Program-made: the position numbers and the translations under genes
Assembly: GCA_016934415.1 (NCBI GenBank)
Contig: JAFGSW010000039.1
Location: 4,224 to 68,223, forward strand
Length of the DNA stretch: 64,000 bases
From: Spirochaetales bacterium
Lineage (GTDB): Bacteria > Spirochaetota > Spirochaetia > SZUA-6 > RPPD01
Direction of reading: 5' to 3'
The notes under the pieces: generated by a model
Database searches by the model: none
What the model saw: only the letters and a program-made list of their open reading frames with translations
What the model was told of the DNA's origin: nothing
Part shown: positions 1-12,210 of the stretch, in pieces
Layout: the number at the start of each line of letters is the position of its first letter
Numbering within the stretch: position 1 is the stretch's first letter

Positions 1-1160
1 ACCGTCCATTTGGCCGTGGGGTCGAAGACGATGAGGTCCGCATCCGCATTGTCCTCCAGGCGGCCCTTGCGCGGGGCGAGCCCGAAGATTGCGGCGGGGT
101 TTTCGGCGCACAGGCGCACCAGGTCGAACGGCGTGATGCGGTGGGCGTTGACGCCGAGCTCCCAGAGCACGGGGAGGATGGTCTCGACGCCGGGCGCGCC
201 GTAGGGCGCGGCTTCGAAATCGTCCCCGGCGTGCTTGGCCTTGGGCGCGTGGTCGCTTCCGATCGTGTCGATGGCCGTGTCCTCCACCGCCCCCCAGAGC
301 GCCTCCCGATCGTCTGAGTCCTTGATCGGCGGCCGAAGCTTGCCGAGGGGGCCCTTCGCCTTGAGCTCGTTCCAGCTGAAAGCCAGGTAATGGGGGCAGG
401 TTTCGCTCCGGAATTTGACGCCCTCCTCCCGGCCCAGGCTGAGAGCCTCGAGCGCCTTGCGCGACGAGATGTGGGGCAGGTAGACCGGGCAGCCGGTGAG
501 CTTGGCGAGGCAGAGCGTGCGGAAGACGGCCTCCTTGTCGAGGAGGGCGGGGCTGGTGGCGAGGAAGTTGTCCGCCGTCAGCGGCCGGTGCTTGTCCTCG
601 AGGTAGTCGACGGCCCGTCCGTTTTCGGCGTGCACGCAGGCGATCCCGCCCGCCTCGACGATTTTGTCGAAGGCGCGGATGAGCGCGTGGTCGTCGGTCA
701 TCCAGCCGAGTTTCTCGTAGGCGGTGAACATCTTGAAGGAACGGACGCCGCGCGCGGCCAGCTCCGGGATCGAGCCGAGCTGGTTTTTGGTGTCGAAGAA
801 CGAGGCGTGGAGGCCGAAGTCGACGCGCGAGGTCCGCTCGCCCTCGTCCCTCATGCGGGCGACGACGTCGAGGGGATTTTCCCCCGGTTTGATCGAGGCG
901 TAGTGGAGGAGGGTGGTGACCCCGCCGAAGGCCGCGGATTCCGACACGGCGCCGAGATCGTCCTCGTAGACCGGGTGCAGGTGGGGGTCGATCAAGCCGG
1001 GCATGATATAGCAGCCGGTGGCGTCCATCCGCTCATCGGCCTCGTACGATCCCGTCGGCGGAAGGAGCCGCATCGTTTCGCCCTCGACGCCGATCGTCAG
1101 TTTCTCGGTCTTCTCGGGATAGAGCAGCAGGCCGTTCTCGATCAGGTAGCGGTAGGGCAT
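1..1160 (-). CDS. cyclic amidohydrolase, dihydropyrimidinase/hydantoinase family; C-terminus cut by window edge
   Basis: My reverse-complement translation from the cat at 1158-1160 reads MPYRYLIENGLLLYPEK..GLIDPHLHP..VHAENG, i.e. metal-dependent amidohydrolase motifs. The reading frame continues past position 1, which is why the ORF track does not list it. Confidence 0.6.
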   Translation of the reverse strand, partial: MPYRYLIENGLLLYPEKTEKLTIGVEGETMRLLPPTGSYEADERMDATGCYIMPGLIDPHLHPVYEDDLGAVSESAAFGGVTTLLHYASIKPGENPLDVVARMRDEGERTSRVDFGLHASFFDTKNQLGSIPELAARGVRSFKMFTAYEKLGWMTDDHALIRAFDKIVEAGGIACVHAENGRAVDYLEDKHRPLTADNFLATSPALLDKEAVFRTLCLAKLTGCPVYLPHISSRKALEALSLGREEGVKFRSETCPHYLAFSWNELKAKGPLGKLRPPIKDSDDREALWGAVEDTAIDTIGSDHAPKAKHAGDDFEAAPYGAPGVETILPVLWELGVNAHRITPFDLVRLCAENPAAIFGLAPRKGRLEDNADADLIVFDPTAKWT

Positions 1161-1189
1161 CGGTAATCTCCTTTAGCGGGCGGGGAAAA

Positions 1190-1380
1190 AGTGAACCACG
1201 GATTTACGCGGATAAGACGGATAATCACGGATAAGGTAGGGAGCAGGGAGAAAATACAAGCGCATTTATATTTCGTCATGACATCCTTTTTTTTTCATTC
1301 CCTTGTTCTCTGCATTTATTTCCAATTCTCTTCCCTTTCCTATCCGTGTCATCGGCTGCATCCGTGTCATCCGTGGTTCC
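1190..1380. repeat. intergenic inverted-repeat element, CACGGAT(AA) family
   Basis: Left arm holds three ACGGATAA units, the centre is AT-rich, and the right arm carries ATCCGTG units. The right arm encodes the aminotransferase C-terminus. Confidence 0.6.
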
Positions 1381-2665
1381 CTATCTCCTCCGCCGCGGCG
1401 AAGATCTCCTTGAACATCTCCTCCAGGTCCTCCTCGTCGACCGAGGCGAAGCTCACGCGGAGGAGATCCGGTCCGAGGGCGATGACGCCGACGCCCCGTT
1501 CCTTGAGGAGCCGCTCGCGCAGGGCGGGGGCGTCGACGCCGTCGGTGCGGAAGGCGACGAAATACCCCGAATTGAAGGGCAGGGGACGGAGCCGGGCGGA
1601 CGGGGAGCGTTCGAGAATCGCCTTCACCCTCCGATACCGCCGCTCCAGTTTCCGGAAGGCCTCCCGCTTCTCTTCCTTGTACGCCTGGTTCCCGAGGAGC
1701 CGGACGAGCAGGCTTTGCGCCGGCATCGAGGCGGACGACACCGAGGTGCGGACGGCGGCGAGGCATTTCTGCTCCAGGGCGTCATAGTGTTCCCGCGCCA
1801 GCCCTTTGGACGCCAGGGTGATGAAGCCGATCCTGAACCCCCAGGCGAAATCCTCCTTGGTGGCGCCGTCGACCTTGCAGGCCAGGATGTTCTCATGCAG
1901 GCCGGCCAGGCGCGCGAACAGGGACTGGCGAAAAAGGCCGTCTTCGTAATAAAGCCCGAAATAGGCGTCGTCGACGATGACGAGGAGCCTCCGTCCCCGC
2001 CGGGCGGCGGTCAGGAGCACGTGTATCAGTTGTTCTGTTTCTTCATTATATAAAGAGTATCCCGTCGGGTTGTGGGGAAAATTGAGAATGAGAATCGTCT
2101 TCCCCGGCGCGGCCGCGTCCGAAAGACGCCTCTCGATTTCCGAAACGTTGAATTTCATGTCCGCGCCGAAGAGGCGAAACGTCGACCAGGCGGCGCCTTT
2201 TTTTATTTTAAAGATGAGCTCGTAATTTTCCCAGGCCGGTTCCGCGCAGAGGAGCGTATCGCCTTCGTCCGTGAAGAGGTCGGCGGCCACCGCCAGGCCG
2301 TGGGTGACGCCCGCGGTGACCAGGGGCAGCGTGGAGGCGACGCCCCCGAGGTCGGGATTTTTTTCGATGTGTTCCCGGCGCCAGATACGGCGCAACTCGG
2401 GGATCCCGCCCGTGGGCGCGTAGTCGACGCATTCCGCCGGGCTCAAACCCCGCCACGCGGCACCCAGCGAGGGGAGCAGGAACGGCGCGTTCTTTTCCTT
2501 GGCCACCCCGGCCGTGGCGTTGAAGCGCGGCTTCGCCCGGCCCGCTTCCTGCGCCTGGGCGGTGATTCCCCTGGGGAAATAGAGCATTCGGCCCTGTTTC
2601 GACAGAAGGGACTCGACGATCGTGCCCTGAAAATGGCGGTTGAGGTCCTCGGCGAGGGGATGCAT
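1367..2665 (-). CDS. PLP-dependent aminotransferase class I/II
   Basis: 432-aa ORF with NFPHNPTGY-type motif and length typical of the family. Confidence 0.8.
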   Translation of the reverse strand: MHPLAEDLNRHFQGTIVESLLSKQGRMLYFPRGITAQAQEAGRAKPRFNATAGVAKEKNAPFLLPSLGAAWRGLSPAECVDYAPTGGIPELRRIWRREHIEKNPDLGGVASTLPLVTAGVTHGLAVAADLFTDEGDTLLCAEPAWENYELIFKIKKGAAWSTFRLFGADMKFNVSEIERRLSDAAAPGKTILILNFPHNPTGYSLYNEETEQLIHVLLTAARRGRRLLVIVDDAYFGLYYEDGLFRQSLFARLAGLHENILACKVDGATKEDFAWGFRIGFITLASKGLAREHYDALEQKCLAAVRTSVSSASMPAQSLLVRLLGNQAYKEEKREAFRKLERRYRRVKAILERSPSARLRPLPFNSGYFVAFRTDGVDAPALRERLLKERGVGVIALGPDLLRVSFASVDEEDLEEMFKEIFAAAEEIGNHG

Positions 2666-2868
2666 GGCCTTGAAGGATAGCCGCTCGAATTGAGCTTGTC
2701 AATTGGAGGTATTCGTATTATAGTAATCCGTCGCTTGGGGGGCCGGCGGCATCCTCGAAAACAACGAAGAGTGACGCCCATTGCGAATCTATTGACTTTA
2801 CAAATTATCTGTGTTAAGGTCAGGCCGCATTTTTGGAAGGCAAAAATAGGGAAACTCGGGAGGTGAGC

Positions 2869-3323
2869 ATGGATACGAAGGAGATAATCGACCTCTTTGA
2901 GAAATTCGAAAACAGTTCGTTAAGCGAAATATCGATAAAAAAGGGCGATGTCGAAGTCATGATGAAAAAAGGCGGCGTGGAAAAACCGGTCGCCTACGTC
3001 GAACGTCGCGCCGGGTCCGTGGCGCAACCCGCCGCGGCCGCGCATCCGATTCAGAATACAGACGCTCCGGCCCGGAACTCGAACGGTCACGAGACGATCA
3101 ACTCGCCCATGGTGGGAACGTTCTACAGGGCTCCCGCTCCCGACGCCCCGCCGTTCGTGGACGTCGGCGCCAGGGTGAAAAAAGGCCAGACGCTCTGCAT
3201 TCTGGAAGCGATGAAGCTGATGAACGAGTTCGAGGTCGAATTCGATTGTGAAATCGTGAAAATACTGGTCGAAAACGGCAAAATGGTTGAGTTCGGAACG
3301 CCGCTCTTCGAGGTCAAGAAGAC

Positions 3324-3327
<4 letters not shown>
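2869..3327 (+). CDS. accB: biotin carboxyl carrier protein of acetyl-CoA carboxylase
   Basis: EAMKLMNE biotinylation motif; GGGAGGTG SD 5 nt before the ATG at 2869; first gene of the acc operon. Confidence 0.85.
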
Positions 3328-4645
<1,318 letters not shown>

Positions 4646-4649
<4 letters not shown>

Positions 4650-5536
4650 GCGTCTTAGGCAAGGTCCGGGCCTGGTTTCGCGGCGAATACTCCCGGAAGC
4701 ACAAGCTCATCACCCATTTCATCAAGGACGGCGACGAACGCCTGTTCGTCGAGAAAAAACACGAGTGTCCCGCCTGTCATGAAGACCTGAACCAGCCGGA
4801 GCTCGAGGAGGCCATGTACGTCTGCCCGAACTGCAACCACCACTTCCGCATCACGCCCTGGGAGCGGATCAAGTTCACGGCGGATGGGGGCGTTTTTCAC
4901 GAGTTCGCCTCAGACCTGGAGAGCCAGAACCCGCTCGATTTTCCCGATTACGAAAAGCAGATCGCTTCGGACATGAAAAAGACGGGTTTGAAGGAAGCGG
5001 TCGTGACCGGCATCTGCCGCATCGAGCGGAAGGAAGTGGTGATGGCCATCATGGCCTTTCAGTTCCGGGGCGGCAGCGTGGGCTCGGTGGTCGGGGAAAA
5101 AGTCACCCGCGCCATGCTCCTGGCGGCGGAGAAGGGACTGCCCATCGTCATTTTCACCGCCTCCGGCGGCATGCGCATGCAGGAGGGAATTTTCTCCCTC
5201 ATGCAGATGGCGAAGACCTCGGCGGCGGTCAACTTCCTCGAAGAGCGGAAGATCCCGCTTTTCATCGTCCTCACCGATCCCACCTCGGGCGGCACGACGG
5301 CTTCCTACGGCATGCTCGGAGACGTCATCCTCGCCGAGCCGGGCGCGCTCGTCGGGTTCGCCGGACGGCGCGTGCTCGACGGCACCATCAAGGAAAAACT
5401 CCCCGACAACTTCCAGACCGCCGAGTTCCAGCAGGAAAAGGGATTCGTGGACGCCATCGTCTCCCGGAGCGACATGCGCAAGACCCTGTCGTTCCTCATC
5501 GAGGCGCACGCCGATGCGCAGAGGGCATGGAAATGA
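4646..5536 (+). CDS. accD: acetyl-CoA carboxylase carboxyltransferase beta subunit
   Basis: GTG start overlapping the accC stop; N-terminal zinc finger CPACH..CPNCNHH; GFAGRRV carboxyltransferase motifs. The 688-aa ORF at 3470..5536 is a frame shadow of this gene. Confidence 0.9.
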
Positions 5537-6504
5537 AGGACATAAGGAAGAAGCTGTCGGAGCTCAAGGAGCTCGCCCTGAAGGAACGGCTCAACATCGC
5601 CGAGGAGATCAGGCAGCTCGAATCCAAGCTCCACGGCGGCAACCACAACAACAATTCCGCCTGGTCGAAGGTGAAACTGTCGCGGCTCATCGAGCGGCCG
5701 ACCACGCTCGATTACATCAACATCATTTTCGACGACTTCATTGAGCTGCACGGCGACCGGCTTTTCGCCGACGATCCGGCCATGGTCGGGGGCATCGGGC
5801 TCCTCAACGGCAGGCCGGTGACGATCATCGGGCAGCAGCGCGGCCGGAACTTGAAGGAAAACCTGAAGCGCAACGGGGGCATGGCCCTTCCCGAGGGCTA
5901 CCGCAAGGCCCTGCGCCTCGTCCGGCAGGCGGAGAAATTCGGCCGGCCGGTCGTCTCCCTGGTGGATACCCAGGGCGCATACGGCGGGGTCGAGGCCGAA
6001 GAGCGCGGAATCGCCGAGGCCATCGCGCGCAATCTCAAGGAATTCTTCGCGGTCAAGGTGCCGATCATCGTCGTTATCATCGGCCAGGGCGGATCCGGCG
6101 GCGCGCTCGGCATCGGCATCGGGGACACCGTTTTCATGCTCGAGAACTCCACCTATTCGGTCATATCGCCGGAGGGCTGCGCCTCGATCCTGCTCCGCGA
6201 CGGCAGCAAGGCGCAGTTCGCCGCCTCCATCATGAAACCGACCGCCCGGGACCTCTATTTCTTCAAGGTCATCGACGAGATCATCGAGGAACCCGCCGGC
6301 GGCGCGCATACGAATCCCGAAGTGGCCGCGGCCAACATCAAGAACGCGATCTGGCGGGAGCTCGTCAGGCTCATGCCCTTGCCCAAAGAGCAGCTCCTGA
6401 AGGAGCGTTTCGAGAAGTTCCGGAAAATGGGCGTATTTTTCGAAAAGCAGGATGCCAAGAAGGGGATACTGCGCCGGCTCTTCGGGCGCAAGAACAATCG
6501 CTGA
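5527..6504 (+). CDS. accA: acetyl-CoA carboxylase carboxyltransferase alpha subunit
   Basis: RPTTLDYI..GGAYGGVEAEERGIAEAIA motifs; start overlaps the accD end. Confidence 0.9.
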   Translation: MEMKDIRKKLSELKELALKERLNIAEEIRQLESKLHGGNHNNNSAWSKVKLSRLIERPTTLDYINIIFDDFIELHGDRLFADDPAMVGGIGLLNGRPVTIIGQQRGRNLKENLKRNGGMALPEGYRKALRLVRQAEKFGRPVVSLVDTQGAYGGVEAEERGIAEAIARNLKEFFAVKVPIIVVIIGQGGSGGALGIGIGDTVFMLENSTYSVISPEGCASILLRDGSKAQFAASIMKPTARDLYFFKVIDEIIEEPAGGAHTNPEVAAANIKNAIWRELVRLMPLPKEQLLKERFEKFRKMGVFFEKQDAKKGILRRLFGRKNNR

Positions 6505-6514
6505 CCTTCCCGGC

Positions 6515-7231
6515 TCAATTTTTCAGGAATTGCTCAAAATACGGCCGCACGAGCATGAGCAGAAATACGCCTATGTCGTAGAGCGCGTGCCCCCACGCCA
6601 CGGCGTGCAGATCCTTCCTTAACACGAAGATGACGCCGAACGATGCGCCGATGAGAGCGGTCGCCGCCACACCCAGGAGCCCCTGGTTCCAGTGGGCCAA
6701 ACCGAATACGAGCGAGGTGCCGACGATCGCCCAGACGGGCTTCACGCCGAGCTCCCCCAGGCGGGGAATCAAATAGGACCTGAAAAGCAACTCCTCCCGG
6801 TAGCCGACGAAAATGCAGAAAGCGATCATGAGCGGGATTTCTTCGGGCGAGGTGATGGCGAAGGGGGCCTGTTTGAACAGGCTCTCGCGAACGCCCTCCG
6901 GAAGGAGATAGCTCGCGTACGCTACCGCCGACATTGAGATGAACGCGCCGCCGAGGCCGATCAATGCCCACCCGAGGGAGCTCCAGCGCGGTTTCTTGAT
7001 TCCGTACGCGGGCAGCGGGACTTTCTGCAGGGAGAGGATGTACACGAGGAGGCCCATTTGGGGAACGGCCATGATGATGTACACCACCATTTGGATGGGG
7101 GAGGGGGTCGTCGAGCCGACCGCCCCGGGAATGAAATATATCGGGAAGGGAATGAAAAGCAGAAAGACGAGGGCCATTTCGGTGATGAGACTGCGTATCG
7201 ATTTTTTCTTATCGGGCTCCACCATGCTCAT
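6515..7231 (-). CDS. CPBP family intramembrane metalloprotease (CAAX protease-like)
   Basis: REELLFRSYL (EExxxR), FGLAHW (FxxxH) and HALYD motifs; multi-TM protein. The start is chosen at MSMVEPDKK and is uncertain. Confidence 0.75.
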   Translation of the reverse strand: MSMVEPDKKKSIRSLITEMALVFLLFIPFPIYFIPGAVGSTTPSPIQMVVYIIMAVPQMGLLVYILSLQKVPLPAYGIKKPRWSSLGWALIGLGGAFISMSAVAYASYLLPEGVRESLFKQAPFAITSPEEIPLMIAFCIFVGYREELLFRSYLIPRLGELGVKPVWAIVGTSLVFGLAHWNQGLLGVAATALIGASFGVIFVLRKDLHAVAWGHALYDIGVFLLMLVRPYFEQFLKN

Positions 7232-7448
7232 GACGGCCGGACTCCTCGTGCCGCCGCATCGAACGGAAAAGGACAGGAAACCTTTCCGATAGCGCATCCC
7301 GCGGCGATTGTTTTGATGCATATGTACTCAAGTTGCGTGAAAAAGTCAACGTCCTCCCCTCGATTCAGTATATAAAAGGAAATCCTCCCCGGAAACCGGT
7401 GGCATCATATTGTATAAAGTTCTATAATATCTATTCGATAATAAGATT

Positions 7449-8513
7449 ATGTGGATTCTCATTGGAGCCCTGATCCTCCTCCTCTTCCTGGCCGTCGGCG
7501 CGTTTTTCATCCTGCGGCGTCTCGGGGGGAGGAAATTCCCCTGGGTGCAATTTTACATTCGGGGCAAGGAATCAGGGTTCAGCTTCAAGGAGATCAACCT
7601 CCTCCGGAGGATCGCCGTCGAGGGGCAGATGCAGAATCCGACGTCCCTCTTCTGGTCCGTCAAGCAGCTCGACCGGTCGATCAGGAGCCTCATCCTCAAG
7701 TACCGTTCTCTGGGCCAGGAAAACGAGGAGAAGAGCGTCTCGATGGTGGCCAAGCTCCTCGCTTTCCGCAAGAAGGTGGAGTTGAGCCAGCCCAAGTACA
7801 AGATCGGCATCAAATCCACCCGCCAGATCGTCCAGCACCAGCGCCTGCGCATCATGCTCCCCGGAGCGGGACCGTTCTTTTCAACGGTCGTGGAAAACCT
7901 GCGGCGCTACATGGCGTTTTCCTATCCGCAGGGGCCGAAGGTGCCGCCCGGCTTTTCCTGGAAGGGCCGTAAAATCGGGGTGTATTTTTTCAGGCAGGCG
8001 GACGCCGGCTACTATTTCCAAACCAAGGTCGCCAACGACTTCATCGACAAGAAATATCCCATCCTTCATGTCGCCCACGCCGACAATTTGATCCGGACCC
8101 AGAAGCGCCGCTCGGTGCGCGTCGATTGCAACCTCCCGGCCATGCTCTACCCGCTTCGCACCTTGAACGAGGGCAATGAGTCGCCCGAGGCGGCGGTCGG
8201 CCTGCGCTCCCGCATTATCGACGTGTCGGAGGACGGCGCCGCCATCCTCATCGGCGGGAAGGCCAAAGTGGGCATCATCATCAAGGTTCAATTTCTCTTG
8301 GGCGATTCATCCATCGTGTTGAGCGGCGTGGTGAAGAACATCAATTTCGATCCCAAGAAAAACCGCTCGATTCTTCATCTCCAGGCGCAGCCTTTGAGCC
8401 TGATCATGCAGAACCGCGTCCTCGAGTACGTGTATAATATTTTCGGCGAGCGCGAAACCCCATCCTCCTTCACTCCCGAGAATCCGGACGCGGCGTCACC
8501 GCTGCCGGGCTGA
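7449..8513 (+). CDS. PilZ domain protein with N-terminal TM helix (c-di-GMP receptor, YcgR-like)
   Basis: RRSVR (RxxxR) followed by DVSEDGAAI (DxSxxG); AT-rich promoter upstream at 7380-7448. Confidence 0.6.
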   Translation: MWILIGALILLLFLAVGAFFILRRLGGRKFPWVQFYIRGKESGFSFKEINLLRRIAVEGQMQNPTSLFWSVKQLDRSIRSLILKYRSLGQENEEKSVSMVAKLLAFRKKVELSQPKYKIGIKSTRQIVQHQRLRIMLPGAGPFFSTVVENLRRYMAFSYPQGPKVPPGFSWKGRKIGVYFFRQADAGYYFQTKVANDFIDKKYPILHVAHADNLIRTQKRRSVRVDCNLPAMLYPLRTLNEGNESPEAAVGLRSRIIDVSEDGAAILIGGKAKVGIIIKVQFLLGDSSIVLSGVVKNINFDPKKNRSILHLQAQPLSLIMQNRVLEYVYNIFGERETPSSFTPENPDAASPLPG

Positions 8514-8652
8514 AATAAGTCCCCCCCCACACCGATTCCCTCCCGCCCAGAAAAAAAGTTGAATTCGCACCGCTGGCGGCTTAAGATTGAAGCGAAGACT
8601 GCAATGCGCGGGGAACGCCCGGGCGTTCCCCATTGCGACGGGAGAGGCTGTG

Positions 8653-9840
8653 ATGAAAAGAATAGTCGTGTTTTTATTGGCGGTCCTGGCCGCGCCTGTT
8701 GTATGCGCCCAGGAGAACCAGGCCCTGCTCGATGCCTATGTCAAAAATTTCGACAAGGGAAACGAGGACGCGAAGTTCCGTCTCATTGAGGACGCCTCGG
8801 CGCTTAACAATCCGGCGCTGGCGCCCCTGTTCCGGCGGGCCATCGACTTCGCCGTAAGCACCTCGGAATTCGGCAAGAACAAGTCGCTCATCCGCCAATT
8901 CTCCGTGCTTTCGGTCGAGCAGTGCGAGCGGTACAAGCACGTCGAGGCGCGGACCGTCATCTGGAAGCTCTTTCTCATGGACGACGATTCCAATGTGCGC
9001 TTGAAAACGCTCAAGGCGCTCGGCGCGCTCGCCAAGGGAGACATGACGATCATCGGCAGCCTGAACAACTGGCTGGCCGCGCAGATAAGCTCGTATCGGA
9101 CGACCGGCGGCCGGAAGCCCCATCTGGGGATCATCCTGCGCTGCGTCCTCACCTTGGGCGAGCTGGGGGATGAATCGTCGTTTCCCGTTGTCTTCAATGT
9201 CATGCATACGGGATTTTCCCGGGAAGTGGACGACGCCTGCCGCCAGGTGCTGATCGGGATGAAGGGCGACTTCAAGCCCCTCCTCTCGAACCTCATCGCC
9301 GACGGCACGATCCGTGAAAAACGGGACGCGCTCCAGGTCGCCCTCGATTCCACCCGGATGAGCGACGGCGACAAGGCCGAGATCGCCGTGCTCGGCCTGG
9401 ACAAGGGACTCACCGTGAGCGGCGCCACGGCGCAGGACGCGAAAGACCTGCGCGACATGCGCATGCGCTCCACGAAGGCGCTGGGGATCCGCCGGTGGTC
9501 CAAGGCCACGCCCCTCATCCTCAGGTATTTCGAGGAGACCCTGCCCGAGTACGACAAGGGCGTCGCCAACAAGACCGAGTTGCTTGAGATCATCCGGGCG
9601 CTCGGCAGCATGGGAACGCACGAGGCCGCCCAGCGCCTCGCCCTGTACTTGAACTTCCTCAACATTTACACGGAGAAGAGGAAAGTCTATGACGAGCAGA
9701 TCGTCACCGAGGTCGTCGACGGCCTGGGTCGGCTGGGAGACAAGGTCGCGTTCGACTATCTCATGAACGTGAAATTCCTCAACTATTCCGCGAGGATCAA
9801 GACGAACGCGGACGAGGCGATCAAGAGCCTGAAATGGTGA
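8653..9840 (+). CDS. secreted HEAT/PBS-lyase-like repeat protein, hypothetical
   Basis: Signal peptide MKRIVVFLLAVLAAPVVCAQ; repeated ALGALAKGD / ALGSMG helical repeat units. Confidence 0.5.
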   Translation: MKRIVVFLLAVLAAPVVCAQENQALLDAYVKNFDKGNEDAKFRLIEDASALNNPALAPLFRRAIDFAVSTSEFGKNKSLIRQFSVLSVEQCERYKHVEARTVIWKLFLMDDDSNVRLKTLKALGALAKGDMTIIGSLNNWLAAQISSYRTTGGRKPHLGIILRCVLTLGELGDESSFPVVFNVMHTGFSREVDDACRQVLIGMKGDFKPLLSNLIADGTIREKRDALQVALDSTRMSDGDKAEIAVLGLDKGLTVSGATAQDAKDLRDMRMRSTKALGIRRWSKATPLILRYFEETLPEYDKGVANKTELLEIIRALGSMGTHEAAQRLALYLNFLNIYTEKRKVYDEQIVTEVVDGLGRLGDKVAFDYLMNVKFLNYSARIKTNADEAIKSLKW

Positions 9841-11339
9841 AACTCGCCCGGCCGGCGGGAATCGCGGACTACGCCAAGCGCGGCCCGGCTTTCCTTTTCT
9901 TCCTGGGCCTTGTTGCGGCGGCTCTCCTCGTCATGTATCTCAACCGCCCCGAGCTCTCGATTGCGGCCTGCCTCATCGCGATGGGCGTGGGCGGCTGGGG
10001 AGCGGCTCGATTCTCAGCGAAGGGAAAGAATGATGTGTTCGCCTGGCTCGCGCTCGGCGTGGCTTCGGGGCTCCTTGTGGGAGGCGCGCAGAGCTACGCG
10101 CTCGCCGCGGAACGCGCCGCCTCGCATACGGCCATTCCGCTCGACGCGGCCTTCAGCTTCCGCCTGACGCTCACCGCGGACGGCGTGACCGCTCAAAACG
10201 GCGTGAAGGTGTACGCGGCCTCGCTCGCGGAAGCCGCCAATCGAAGCGGCGACAGGCGGGCTTCGGCTTCGGGCGCGGTCGCGGTGTTCGCGCCGAACGG
10301 CCCGGATCTTTTCTGGGGAGAGACGATCGACGTCGAGGGGACGCTTCGCGAAAATCAGGTTCCGGGCGGCGCGCGTTTCGTCCTCAACGCCCGCGGGCGG
10401 AGCGTCATGCGGCTCGGTTTCAACAGTCCGCTTCTGGCCGCGCGCGCCGCGGCGGTCCGCGCCTTTCTGGCCCGGATCGGGCGTCTCGGCGCCCCGGCCT
10501 CCTCCCTTTTCGCGGCCCTTTTTCTCGGCGTCAAGGACAATCTCGAGTTCGAGCTTCGCGACGCGTTCGCCCGCACCGGCAGCCTGCACCTGCTCGCGCT
10601 CTCCGGGCTGCACGTGGGCATGATCGCGGCCCTGGTCCTGTTTTTTCTCTCTCCCCTGCGCTCCAAAAAACTGAAAGCCGTCCTCGCGGCGCTTTTCGTG
10701 GGCGCTTACTTTTTTCTGGCCGGTCCCTCTCCTTCGCTGTTGCGCGCGGTGCTTATGCTCGGCCTCGGTACGATCGGCCTGCTCCTCGACCGCGAGGTCG
10801 ATCCGCTCCACGTGCTCCTGGCGAGCGCGGTCGTCGTCCTGCTCGTCGACCCGGAGAGCGTCCGTTCCCTGTCGTTCCAGCTCTCCTACCTCGCCCTGGC
10901 CGGCATTCTGACCTTCGGCCGCAGGCTGAACCGCGCCCTGACCCCCTTCCTGCCGGGCTTCGCGCGCGGACTCGTCTCCGCCGTGATCGCCGCCCAGGCG
11001 TTTACGGCGCCGCTTATCTTTCAGACGTTCGGCACCGTCTATCCGGTCGGCCTCGTCGCGTCCCTCCTCCTGGTTCCGCTCACCACGGCGTACGTCTGGT
11101 CGGGAACGGGATTTCTCGTCGTGAGCCTGATTCCGTTTCCGCCGCTGGAAGAGGCGGTCCGTTTTCTCATGGATGCCCAATACCGCCTCATCTTCGGAAT
11201 CAGCGATTTTTTTAAAAACGCGCCCGGCGTCACCGTCGTCTGGAGCGACTGGCTCTGGATCCCGGCGCTCGCGGCATGGCTTGCCCTGGTCGCGGGGATT
11301 CCGGTACAAAGAAGGCATGAATTACGACTCACCGGCTGA
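9834..11339 (+). CDS. comEC: ComEC/Rec2 family competence membrane protein
   Basis: Polytopic membrane protein with SGLHVGM motif. Confidence 0.7.
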   Translation: MVKLARPAGIADYAKRGPAFLFFLGLVAAALLVMYLNRPELSIAACLIAMGVGGWGAARFSAKGKNDVFAWLALGVASGLLVGGAQSYALAAERAASHTAIPLDAAFSFRLTLTADGVTAQNGVKVYAASLAEAANRSGDRRASASGAVAVFAPNGPDLFWGETIDVEGTLRENQVPGGARFVLNARGRSVMRLGFNSPLLAARAAAVRAFLARIGRLGAPASSLFAALFLGVKDNLEFELRDAFARTGSLHLLALSGLHVGMIAALVLFFLSPLRSKKLKAVLAALFVGAYFFLAGPSPSLLRAVLMLGLGTIGLLLDREVDPLHVLLASAVVVLLVDPESVRSLSFQLSYLALAGILTFGRRLNRALTPFLPGFARGLVSAVIAAQAFTAPLIFQTFGTVYPVGLVASLLLVPLTTAYVWSGTGFLVVSLIPFPPLEEAVRFLMDAQYRLIFGISDFFKNAPGVTVVWSDWLWIPALAAWLALVAGIPVQRRHELRLTG

Positions 11340-12210
11340 GATCAGGGCCGTGCTGGAGAAACACGGGCTCGCCCTCAAAAAACGATTCGGGCAGAATTTT
11401 CTCGTCAACCGCCACGCGCGTGAACGGATCGCCGGGCTGCTCGAGGCGGGACGCGACGATCTTGTCTGGGAGATCGGGCCGGGGCTCGGCGCCATGACCG
11501 GGCTCCTCCTCGAGCGCGCGCGACGGGTCCTGGCCTTCGAGATCGACCGCGGCCTGGTGCGCGCGCTCCGAGAGCTTTTTCCAGACCGCCCCTCGCTTGA
11601 GATCATCGAGGGGGACGCGCTCGACACCATGGGACCGGCGGGGGAGAAGCGCGGGGCGCCAAACCGTATCCTGGGCAACCTGCCGTACTCGAGCGCTTCG
11701 CGCATCATCGCCTTTTTCATCGAGCGGGAGATCGGGGCGCAAAAAATCGTCGTCACCGTGCAGAAGGACCTGGCGCTGCGCATGCGCGCCTCGCCCGGCG
11801 AAAAGATCTATTCCTCGTTTTCGGTTCTGACCCAATCGTTCTTCGACGTCCGCCTTGAATTCGACCTCAAGGGCGGGAACTTTTTCCCGCGTCCCGAAGT
11901 GGACTCCTCCGTCGTGTCGCTCGTCCCGGCCTCCCGGCTCCCGCCGGGACCCGGCCGCGCGGTCTTCTTCCGGCTCATCCGGCTCGCCTTCGGCTCCCGG
12001 CGCAAGACGCTCAACAACAATCTGTTCAAGTCCGGCGCCTTCTCCCCCGAAGAGCTTACGGCGATGCGCGCCTTCTGGGAGCGGCGGGAGTTGAGCCCGA
12101 ACGCCCGCGCCGAGGACCTGGCGCCGGAGGTCTATCGCGATTTAGCCCTCACTCTGGCGGGGATTCACTCGGGAGAGGGAACCACGGATGGGCACGGATT
12201 GGACGGATAA
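11317..12210 (+). CDS. rsmA: 16S rRNA (adenine1518/1519-N6)-dimethyltransferase
   Basis: FGQNFL, EIGPGLGAMT and NLPYSSAS motifs. The C-terminal TTDGHGLDG residues are encoded by a CACGGAT repeat arm. Confidence 0.85.
   Translation: MNYDSPAEIRAVLEKHGLALKKRFGQNFLVNRHARERIAGLLEAGRDDLVWEIGPGLGAMTGLLLERARRVLAFEIDRGLVRALRELFPDRPSLEIIEGDALDTMGPAGEKRGAPNRILGNLPYSSASRIIAFFIEREIGAQKIVVTVQKDLALRMRASPGEKIYSSFSVLTQSFFDVRLEFDLKGGNFFPRPEVDSSVVSLVPASRLPPGPGRAVFFRLIRLAFGSRRKTLNNNLFKSGAFSPEELTAMRAFWERRELSPNARAEDLAPEVYRDLALTLAGIHSGEGTTDGHGLDG

Noticed and set aside
390-1166. 258-aa plus-strand ORF
   Set aside because: Antisense shadow of the amidohydrolase gene on the minus strand; composition is low-complexity (E/G/A/R).
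10014-11318. 434-aa minus-strand ORF opposite comEC
   Set aside because: R/E/G-rich low-complexity translation with no motifs; the sense strand gives a coherent membrane protein.
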